From positions 1-14,138 of the forward strand of contig JAWXCN010000229.1 in assembly GCA_034408725.1 (NCBI GenBank): a stretch of DNA of 14,138 nucleotides, in the 5' to 3' direction. The notes beneath the pieces were generated by a model that was not told the DNA's origin, searched no databases, and saw only the letters and a list, made by a program, of their open reading frames with translations. Below, one piece after another: positions 7,372 to 14,138 of the stretch. The DNA is from Candidatus Hydrogenedentota bacterium. GTDB taxonomy: Bacteria > Hydrogenedentota > Hydrogenedentia > Hydrogenedentales > SLHB01. Within the stretch, counting starts at the first letter, position 1. Every line of letters starts with the position of its first letter. Position numbers and translations under genes: made by a program.

Positions 7372-8454
7372 ACTCAGCCCAAGAACTTCCGCATAAACAG
7401 CCACGTTACCCGCAACCATGCGGTCGACCGTGAATTTTTCAATGAATCGATTGTATGCATTGGCGGCGAGTGCCGTTCCCAATTTGGCGTCTCTCACCAC
7501 ACGGACGATTGCATGTCCGAGTTTTTCGGCGTTGCCCACTGGCGCAAGCAGGCCGGTTTCCCCATCTATCACGGCTTCCGGTATTCCACCCGCGTTTGTA
7601 GCAACTACCGGGATGCGACAGGCCATGGCGTCGAGCACCGAGGTTCCAAGACCTTCTTCCTTACTGGACATGACGAATACGTCCAGCGCGCGCAGGATAC
7701 GGGGCACGTCGGAGCGGTTGCCCAAGAGCGTGACTGCATGGCCGATGTTCAATCGCGCAATCTGCGCCTCGAGTTGCGGGCGCAGTGGTCCTTCTCCCGC
7801 AATGACCAACCGGAAATCCGGAATGGCCTCGAGCACGTGAGTCGCCGCGTCGAGGAGTGTTGCCTGATCCTTGTGTCCAACGAGAGCAGCAACATTTCCC
7901 GCCAGTGGCGCGTCTTCGGGAATGCCCAATTCGGCGCGCGGCAAGGGATCGACGTCGAACCGCATCGGATCGATGCCGCTATGCACCGTCCGCAGTTTAT
8001 CCTCTGCAACGCCAAAATCTCGCAGTACGCGCGCAATGCAATGGGAAATTGCGACAATGCGATCGGGTTGCCGGTATTTCCATTGGCTGAAAATGTTTGC
8101 GTTCGGCGGGAAGTCCACGCGGCGGGACGCGACCACTTTCCCCCTTCCTGCTAACTTCCGCGCGAGCACGGCGTAGGTAAGCGCATGGCTGCTATGCGCG
8201 TGAAGAATGTCCACACTGTGATCGCGGACGGCGCGCGAGAGCGTAATGGCTGTTGGAATATCCCATTCGCCACGGCAGGGCGCCGCGATACGCACCAGAC
8301 CGGGAACACCGTGATCGCGCTCGATAAACGCGCTGCCGGGACGGCCCGCAATCAGGCAGCTATGTCCGAGTTGCGCGAATCCACGGATGAGATAGCTGGC
8401 CTGCTGCTCTCCCCCGCGCCAACCAACCTGATCGTTGATGTGGAGGATGTTCAC
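7369..8454 (-). CDS. Glycosyltransferase family 4 (GT-B) protein
   Basis: 361 aa with WRGGEQQ, DILHAHS, HKDQATLL, GEGPLR and EGLGTSVLDAMACRIPVVATNAGGIPE. The GTG start overlaps the upstream TGA stop (GTGA, 8451-8454). Confidence 0.93.
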   Translation of the reverse strand: MNILHINDQVGWRGGEQQASYLIRGFAQLGHSCLIAGRPGSAFIERDHGVPGLVRIAAPCRGEWDIPTAITLSRAVRDHSVDILHAHSSHALTYAVLARKLAGRGKVVASRRVDFPPNANIFSQWKYRQPDRIVAISHCIARVLRDFGVAEDKLRTVHSGIDPMRFDVDPLPRAELGIPEDAPLAGNVAALVGHKDQATLLDAATHVLEAIPDFRLVIAGEGPLRPQLEAQIARLNIGHAVTLLGNRSDVPRILRALDVFVMSSKEEGLGTSVLDAMACRIPVVATNAGGIPEAVIDGETGLLAPVGNAEKLGHAIVRVVRDAKLGTALAANAYNRFIEKFTVDRMVAGNVAVYAEVLGLS

Positions 8455-9590
8455 GCGACGCGCCGGTTGCGTGCAATTGCAAGGGCGTCCGCGTATGCCT
8501 TGAGCGTGCGTTTGGCCAACAGATCGAGCGTGAATTCCTCGATTACCCGCTGCCGCGCGGACGCTCCAAACCTGTGGCGGAGTTCCGCGTCTTCGACAAG
8601 CTTGGAGAGCGCGCCTGCCAGGGGCTCGACTGTTCCCTGCGGCACTACGAAACCGTCTATTCCGTCGCGAACGATTTCCTTTGTGCCTCCGTGGTCTGAA
8701 GTGACAATGGGTATTTCCGTGGCCATCTGTTCCAAGACGCTAAAAGACGAGGCCTCGCAATCAATCGAGGGTTGTACGCCGATATCGAAGGCCTGCATAC
8801 ACGCGCCGATGTCGTTGCGAAAGCCGGCGAAATGGGTGATGCCTTCGATGGCGAGATCGCGCGCGTGGTCTTTCAGGGACTGTTCCAGCACGCCCTGTCC
8901 GAGCACCAGCAGGCGCAAATTGGGAAATGCGTTCTGGAGTTGCGCGGCGGCCTCGAACAAAAATCGATGGCCCTTGGCTTCCGCCAGGCGCGCGGCAATA
9001 CCCACCACAACATGATCATTGCCGTAACCGAATTCTGCCCGCGCTTGCGCCCGCACATCGGCATTGGGCCGGAACAATTCCGGGTCCACGCCATTGTGAA
9101 CCACGCACATGCGCTTGGAATCGAACACTGGCCGGCCAGCACGAAGATCGAAGACCGCTTTACACACCGCGATCTGATAATCGGTCCATTCGCGATTGAG
9201 TTTGCGATTGGCCCAATTCTCGCCGACGGAATAGGTGTTGTGCCGGGAGCGGACCATGCAGACCGGATGGCCTAGCCATTGATTCGCGAGCGCGCTGACC
9301 CAATGGTCCTGCGATCCGTTTGCGTGAATCACGTCGGGTTGGTTTTTGCGGATAAACTGTCGCAGGGCGCGAATATCGTGACACCACGCAGCGGGCCGCG
9401 CGCCACCCCGGTATTGAAACACGTTGTACGCCTGGGCGCCGGCGTCCCGCGCCATTGCGGTCAACACGCTGCCGGTCTTGCAACCAACGGTGACTTGGTG
9501 GCCCAGCAGTGTCAGACGCCGCGCAAGTTCTATGACGTACCGGACTTGACCACCGCCTTTGAGATGGGGATCGGTGATGAGTACGCGCAT
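8451..9590 (-). CDS. Glycosyltransferase family 4 (GT-B) protein
   Basis: GGGQVRY, PDVIHAN, HNGVD, ARLAEAKGH and the EX7E motif EASSFSVLE followed by IPIVTSDHGG. The start was placed at ATG 9590 (MRVLITD, a typical GT4 first strand); GTG 9632 is an alternative. Confidence 0.9.
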   Translation of the reverse strand: MRVLITDPHLKGGGQVRYVIELARRLTLLGHQVTVGCKTGSVLTAMARDAGAQAYNVFQYRGGARPAAWCHDIRALRQFIRKNQPDVIHANGSQDHWVSALANQWLGHPVCMVRSRHNTYSVGENWANRKLNREWTDYQIAVCKAVFDLRAGRPVFDSKRMCVVHNGVDPELFRPNADVRAQARAEFGYGNDHVVVGIAARLAEAKGHRFLFEAAAQLQNAFPNLRLLVLGQGVLEQSLKDHARDLAIEGITHFAGFRNDIGACMQAFDIGVQPSIDCEASSFSVLEQMATEIPIVTSDHGGTKEIVRDGIDGFVVPQGTVEPLAGALSKLVEDAELRHRFGASARQRVIEEFTLDLLAKRTLKAYADALAIARNRRVA

Positions 9591-9676
9591 CGGCCGATCC
9601 AATTCCGGGACATGTCCGCGCGCACTGTTCACGGCGCAGCGCAGATTGTAGGTCCGGGCAGAGCGAGTGGACGCAC

Positions 9677-9904
9677 CTACTCTTCTTCCTCACCGGCGGC
9701 CACGCGTGGCGTGGACGTTTCGTCGTGCCAGTCCGCGGCGCTGCCAACGGGTATTTCGATGGGCTGGTTCTGGTCCATGGCGTGCAACAGCGTCGTAATG
9801 CGATCATTCGCGCCGTCAAGCCGGCCCATGGCGGCGTCGAGTTCGTCGTCGATGGTTTTCAAATTGTCGTCGCGACGGATAACGATCTTTTCTTTTTTTG
9901 GCAT
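9677..9904 (-). CDS. Small acidic hypothetical protein (75 aa), possible coiled-coil
   Basis: ATG 9904 is preceded by an AGAGGA RBS. The ORF fills the gap between usp and GT4 on the same strand. It has a helical heptad-like core (LKTIDDELDAAMGRLDGANDRITTLL) and an acidic tail. Confidence 0.75.
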   Translation of the reverse strand: MPKKEKIVIRRDDNLKTIDDELDAAMGRLDGANDRITTLLHAMDQNQPIEIPVGSAADWHDETSTPRVAAGEEEE

Positions 9905-9937
9905 GGTGTTCCTCTATTCACGGAGCGCGCCGCGGTA

Positions 9938-10765
9938 TTATCGCGCCATCAGCATGGGGCACGGCGCATGATTCATCGCGTACGCCGTGGTGCTGCCTAC
10001 GACCAGTTCCCGCACTTTGGTATGGCCGTATGCGCCCATGATCAATAGGTCCACTGCGCGCTCCGCCGCATACGCTACGATGGTTTCGCTGGGGTCGCCG
10101 TCGCGCACTTCGACGTGAATCTCGAGCGCGTGGGGCTGAAGATATTTCTCGGCTTCGGCAACGATGGGTTCCGCCTTCGCGCTGATGACCAGTACATCGA
10201 GGGGCGCGTTCCACGCGCTGGCGTATTCAGCGCCGGCTTGCAAGGCGCGCTTCGCGTTCGATGACCCATCATACGCGACCAGGAAATGAGACGATTTTGG
10301 CGCTTCGTTATTGGTGATCAAAACCGGACGTCGCGCGTGCCGCACTACGGCTTCCGTCGTGGACCCGAGCAGACCTCCCAACCATTCACTGTGCTCGCCG
10401 CTACGCCCCAGGACGATCATCTCGCGCAGTTCGCTCTGTTCAACGATCGTCCGCGGCACGGGCCCTGTCGCCTGTTCCGTGGTGTAGGGCACCTGCGCCA
10501 GTTCGCATTGTTGAACGACGGCGGACAAGGCTGCCTCCCCTCGTTCCTCCAGAATCATGCTGATGTTGCCCTGGTAATTCGCAAACGGAGCGGTGCCGAG
10601 CGACGCGGCAACATCACGGAGGAACGGCCCTTCGAGCAACTTAACGTCGACGACGTGCAGGCCATGAATAGTCGCGCCGAGGTGTTTGGCCACGGCCACC
10701 GCGTAGCGCACTCCGATGAGCGCCTGTTCACTTCCATCAGTGGGTACGAGAATATGTTTTATCAT
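9938..10765 (-). CDS. Universal stress protein with tandem USP domains (275 aa)
   Basis: Domain 1: MIKHILVPTDGS...LGRSG...LLGSTTEAVVRHARRPVL. Domain 2: FLVAYDGS...MGAYGHTKVRELVVGST...HAPCPML, with a G-2x-G-9x-GS ATP-binding motif. The start was set at ATG 10765, the typical USP N-terminus. Confidence 0.93.
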   Translation of the reverse strand: MIKHILVPTDGSEQALIGVRYAVAVAKHLGATIHGLHVVDVKLLEGPFLRDVAASLGTAPFANYQGNISMILEERGEAALSAVVQQCELAQVPYTTEQATGPVPRTIVEQSELREMIVLGRSGEHSEWLGGLLGSTTEAVVRHARRPVLITNNEAPKSSHFLVAYDGSSNAKRALQAGAEYASAWNAPLDVLVISAKAEPIVAEAEKYLQPHALEIHVEVRDGDPSETIVAYAAERAVDLLIMGAYGHTKVRELVVGSTTAYAMNHAPCPMLMAR

Positions 10766-10772
10766 GAGATTC

Positions 10773-10800
10773 AGAATACCGCCATTTGAATGACCCGCAA
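10773..10800 (-). promoter_or_regulatory. Candidate sigma70 promoter for usp (leaderless geometry)
   Basis: Minus strand reads TTGCGG (10800-10795), 16 bp, TATTCT (10778-10773), 7 nt, then ATG 10765. There is no SD sequence. Confidence 0.45.
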
Positions 10801-10955
10801 GCCAGCGCAAGTATAGTCCAACGGGTTGCACGATGCACTTCGCGGTAAGCGCATTTTTCCCATTACGGGCAATAGCGGTTCAGAAATAAAGCCCGCACCC
10901 TGCGTCGTTTATCTAGGCAGAAGGCGTGAACCTGCGCCATCCAGGGAGAAGTCCA

Positions 10956-11168
10956 ATGGGTGCCTATGTGATGTTGGTAGTTCTGGTGGTTTTGGTAGCT
11001 GGTCTAGGCTGGTCGCTCCGCCAGAGCTACCGCACGGAACATCATGAGAAGTTTTTCGGTCCAGCGGTATTGACGTTCAGCGCGTGGATGGGCGTGGCAT
11101 TGGCAATGATCGGCGCGTTGGTTTTTTACCTGATCATGCGCAATTACGGTCTAATTAATTCCTTCTGA
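10956..11168 (+). CDS. Small membrane protein with two predicted TM helices (70 aa)
   Basis: ATG 10956 follows AGGGAG. Two hydrophobic segments (AYVMLVVLVVLVAGLGWSL and AVLTFSAWMGVALAMIGALVFYLI) flank a charged loop. The ORF occupies otherwise empty space and ends 34 bp from the convergent desaturase stop. Confidence 0.7.
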   Translation: MGAYVMLVVLVVLVAGLGWSLRQSYRTEHHEKFFGPAVLTFSAWMGVALAMIGALVFYLIMRNYGLINSF

Positions 11169-11202
11169 TTCTGATTCGCGTTAGCCGCACCAACGAAATC
11201 CC

Positions 11203-12258
11203 TTAAGCAGCGCGCGACTCGTCTTTCTTGCGCTTGTTGCGATACGCGCGCAGATCCGCGAACGTCAGCAATGCGCGGGCTTCGTCGTCCCACAGGCGGA
11301 ACTGGAGACACTTGAGGCTGGACCACAGCGTCAGTTGATGCACCTGTTGCAGGGGAGGGTTCTCGCGGTGGCAGTTTTCGAGATAGTAATTTGGAATCTT
11401 CGAGCTCAGGTGATGAACGTGGTGGTACCCGATGCTTGCCGTGAACCATTGCAACACCTTCGGCAAGCGGTAACACGAACTGCCCTCGACGCAGCCTGAG
11501 AAGTAATCCCACTCTTTATCTTCGGCCCAGTACACGCCCTCGAACTGGTGTTGCACGTAGAACAACCACGCGCCGGCGGCGGCGGCCAGCAGGAAGATCG
11601 GAAATTGAATCAACATGAGGGCTTTGACGCCAAACGTCAATGCCGCGAACAATACGACCGCGCCAATGGCCGCGTTGGTGCGCCAGACGCTCATCTTGTC
11701 TCGCGCATTGCCATTTTTCGGGGGGATGCGGTATTCCAAAATAAACACGGCGAACGCGCCGATGCCAAATAGAATGATGGGGTTACGATACAGGCGATAC
11801 GCCAGTTTCTTTTTCCACGACGCGGCCATGTACTCGCGCACAGTCAGGGTCCAAATGTCCCCGTGGCCACGTTTGTCCAAATTGCCGGCGCTTGCGTGGT
11901 GAAGGGCGTGCTCGTGCTTCCAGTAGTTATAGGGCGTCAGACACAGGGCCGAAGTTAGGCCGCCGACAATGTCGTTGGCCTTCCGTGATCGGAAAAAAGC
12001 GCCGTGCCCGCAATCGTGCGAAATGACGAAAATCCGCACGAGGAAACCCGCCGCGGGAATTGATAACGCGAGGGTCAACAAATAGGAGTAGTCCAAGCTC
12101 CAATACATGAGGCCAAGGAGCAGGAAATACGGGATAACAGTATTCACCAGTTGCCATGTGCTGCGCAGATGGCTTGGCTTCTGATAGCGCGCAACGACTG
12201 CGCGCCACTGGCCCTTAAAGTGTTCCATCGAGTCCGATGCATGCTGGATCATTGTCAT
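11203..12258 (-). CDS. des: Membrane fatty acid (acyl-lipid) desaturase, Bacillus subtilis Des-like
   Basis: Three His boxes: HDCGH, HEHALHH and HHVHH. The segments NLDKRGHGDIWTLTVREY, LAYRLYRNP, WLFYVQHQFE and FRLWD match the Des subfamily as I recall it. The start was set at ATG 12258 (GGAGGT upstream); 12312 and slightly downstream ATGs are alternatives. Confidence 0.93.
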   Translation of the reverse strand: MTMIQHASDSMEHFKGQWRAVVARYQKPSHLRSTWQLVNTVIPYFLLLGLMYWSLDYSYLLTLALSIPAAGFLVRIFVISHDCGHGAFFRSRKANDIVGGLTSALCLTPYNYWKHEHALHHASAGNLDKRGHGDIWTLTVREYMAASWKKKLAYRLYRNPIILFGIGAFAVFILEYRIPPKNGNARDKMSVWRTNAAIGAVVLFAALTFGVKALMLIQFPIFLLAAAAGAWLFYVQHQFEGVYWAEDKEWDYFSGCVEGSSCYRLPKVLQWFTASIGYHHVHHLSSKIPNYYLENCHRENPPLQQVHQLTLWSSLKCLQFRLWDDEARALLTFADLRAYRNKRKKDESRAA

Positions 12259-12386
12259 GGTAGGACGCACTACCTCCGTGGGGGGCAATTTCAGGGGATG
12301 ACGAGGAGACATTCCCTCAATGCAGGGGCGTTTACAGGCGACACGCTCCGGAAGGCCGGGACTGGGCGTGTAGCCCTTTGAAATAA

Positions 12387-12415
12387 AGCGTACTACGATG
12401 GCGCAAATTTTGCAA
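12387..12415 (-). promoter_or_regulatory. Candidate sigma70 promoter for the desaturase
   Basis: Minus strand reads TTGCAA (12415-12410), 17 bp, TACGCT (12392-12387). Confidence 0.5.
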
Positions 12416-12429
12416 CATGCTAACGGGGC

Positions 12430-13356
12430 CTAATTCTGCGCGGGTACGGTCGCGAGCACTGTTACCTGGCCATCGGCCGCTATCTTGCGTATCCTCGGAA
12501 GCCAATCCTTGGCCTGGTCAGACTTTACGTAGAGGGACTCGAGGACGTAAATATCCTTGCCGGCAATCGCAACACCCGTTGGCGACCAGGCATCGGTAGA
12601 TCGCAGCGCCACGCTCACTTTGCCCGTGGGCGAAATCTTGACCAATGCGCTGCACGCGGAGGCGGCGACGTAAATGCTGCCGTCCTCCGCTACGTCCAGG
12701 CCGCGCAGCACGGGCCCGCCCCGATCATCCGGAATCGCGGGTGGGTGTTCGCAATCTGGTACGGTGATCTTGTCCGCAACCATCGTGATCGCGCCGTCGG
12801 GTCCGATTCGCCGGACCGCTTCTTTCTCGCTGTAATAGAGCACGCCGTCACGGCCGGGGGCCAGCCCGTGAATCCATTTTGCGATCAACGGTTTGCCATC
12901 CATGCCTATCTCGGTCGCTGGCGGCAACGTGGCAACCAGCGTAGTTTCTCCTTTGGGTGTCATTCGCATCATCTGCACAGGTCCCTCGCCTTCGCAGATT
13001 GGATAGTAGAGGTTGCCATCCGAACCAATAGTTAACGGAAAACTGCTGGAGAGAATGAGTTTCGTTTTTGTGCCGGCCAACACTACTTCCGCGCTTTCCA
13101 CGCGCGGCAAACGGCGGGCTTCAAACTCCTTTTTCCGGTCTTGCGTCATAAAATGGAACGCTGGGCCGTCATGCTTTCCCAATTCGCCCTTGCGATCAAT
13201 CTTCCAAATCCCGACCTGGGCATGAACGAAATACACAAGCCCTTTGTCGTCAACAACGATGCCGGAGCCGGGGTGCGCTTGCGCGGTTGCCGCCATAATA
13301 ATTGGCAGGACACGCGCGAAACATATGATAGCCGTGTGTCGAAGCCTCGGAATCAT
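12430..13356 (-). CDS. Secreted NHL-repeat/SMP-30-like beta-propeller protein
   Basis: 308 aa with a perfect AGGAGGT RBS 7 nt before the ATG. The signal peptide ends in AQA. Propeller-blade repeats include SGIVVDDKGLVYF, LTIGSDGNLYY, GLAPGRDGVLYY, GLDVAEDGSIYVA and PTGVAIAGKDIYV. Confidence 0.85.
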   Translation of the reverse strand: MIPRLRHTAIICFARVLPIIMAATAQAHPGSGIVVDDKGLVYFVHAQVGIWKIDRKGELGKHDGPAFHFMTQDRKKEFEARRLPRVESAEVVLAGTKTKLILSSSFPLTIGSDGNLYYPICEGEGPVQMMRMTPKGETTLVATLPPATEIGMDGKPLIAKWIHGLAPGRDGVLYYSEKEAVRRIGPDGAITMVADKITVPDCEHPPAIPDDRGGPVLRGLDVAEDGSIYVAASACSALVKISPTGKVSVALRSTDAWSPTGVAIAGKDIYVLESLYVKSDQAKDWLPRIRKIAADGQVTVLATVPAQN

Positions 13357-13524
13357 CGTCGAAACCTCCTTATAGCCTTCGGCGTTGGCGTCACGGCGGC
13401 AGTGCGTATCCTAACCGCTTTCCGGCGAACGCCAGCGCCCGCATCATAGCGTGCGGCAGACTCACCGACCTAATTTCATCGGGGTGGTCCACAAACAACA
13501 TGACAGCACAAGCGCAGTAAGAGT

Positions 13525-13556
13525 TTTCACCACGAAGGCACGAAGATCACGAAGGA
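13525..13556 (+). repeat. Short CACGAAG x3 tandem element (TTTCACCACGAAGGCACGAAGATCACGAAGG)
   Basis: Three exact CACGAAG heptamers at 13531, 13539 and 13548 in an intergenic region. Confidence 0.8.
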
Positions 13557-13689
13557 ATGGGAACGAGGGAGAGGAACTTGGGAAAGCGGCGTATTTGCCA
13601 TCTCGATTTGGTTGGGCTGGCGGGCCGAAAGCTTGCGCTGCCGCAGCCGGTCTGGGCATGCTAGCGGCCTCCCAACGAGTATCGCGAAT

Positions 13690-14138
13690 ATGGAACCCAA
13701 TCGACTGATCGAACGTTTCGCGCGGGACGGACCTAAACGCATCCTTGCTCTGGATGGCGGAGGAATCCGGGGCCTCATTGCGCTGGAGCATCTGCGACGC
13801 ATCGAGCAGTTGCTGGCCGAGCAGCATGGCAAACCGGACTTGCGGCTTGCAGATTATTTTGACCTAATCGGCGGGACGAGTACCGGTTCGCTGATCGCCT
13901 GTGGACTCGCGCTGGGCTGGAAGGTCGAGGACCTCGTCGTGCGGTACGAGGAATTGAGCCGGGCAATCTTCACCCGCCGGTGGTGGAAGGCCTGGGAATC
14001 GTTTTATAGCCATGACGCGCTCGAACGCATTTTGCGCGACACACTGGGCAATACCACGCTTGGCGACCCGTCGTTGCAGACGGGCCTGTGCATTTTTTGC
14101 CGCCGGTTGGATACGGGCAGCGTTTGGAAATTCTTCAA
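13690..14138 (+). CDS. Patatin-like phospholipase (5' part; runs off the window end)
   Basis: Manual translation from ATG 13690 gives [35 protein letters not shown]...[23 protein letters not shown]...[27 protein letters not shown]. It has the oxyanion DGGGIRG motif (from 13753) and the GxSxG nucleophile elbow (13873-13887). There is no stop before the edge. Confidence 0.93.
   Translation, partial: MEPNRLIERFARDGPKRILALDGGGIRGLIALEHLRRIEQLLAEQHGKPDLRLADYFDLIGGTSTGSLIACGLALGWKVEDLVVRYEELSRAIFTRRWWKAWESFYSHDALERILRDTLGNTTLGDPSLQTGLCIFCRRLDTGSVWKFF

Noticed and set aside
7630..7656. EX7D in place of EX7E in the first GT4 as a sign of inactivation
   Set aside because: This is a conservative variant (EGLGTSxLDAM) that I recall from other GT4 proteins, and the rest of the fold motifs are intact.
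10766..10831. 22-aa N-terminal extension of USP from the ORF track
   Set aside because: The USP domain begins at MIKHILVPTDGS, and the extension coincides with the promoter-like sequence.
13451..13832. Short ORFs 13451-13708 (+), 13462-13827 (-) and 13527-13832 (-)
   Set aside because: They run through the CACGAAG repeat and/or overlap the patatin gene, with no RBS or motif support.

Overview
GC-rich bacterial chromosomal window. The gene content suggests a PVC-superphylum or Hydrogenedentes-like organism, which is an inference. From left to right it contains: (1) a 213-bp-period tandem repeat built from REP-doublet (REPIN-like) hairpins, which may run off the left edge; (2) a minus-strand run of an alkaline-phosphatase-superfamily phosphodiesterase (probable lipoprotein), a PVC-type propeller/HEAT/CxxCH cytochrome c protein, a class II Fic protein with a C-terminal HTH-like region, two GT4 glycosyltransferases, a 75-aa acidic protein and a tandem-domain universal stress protein; (3) a small divergent 2-TM protein; (4) a Bacillus Des-like fatty acid desaturase and a secreted NHL/beta-propeller protein on the minus strand; and (5) a CACGAAG triplet repeat followed by the 5' part of a patatin-like phospholipase that is missing from the ORF track. 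The most notable non-coding signals are the REP-doublet array and the roughly 30% GC region upstream of fic. That region holds a near-consensus promoter positioned for leaderless translation, overlaid by phased GAAAT(G/A) direct repeats. No CRISPR array, rRNA, tRNA, transposase or integrase is visible. I found no unambiguous novel multi-gene system.
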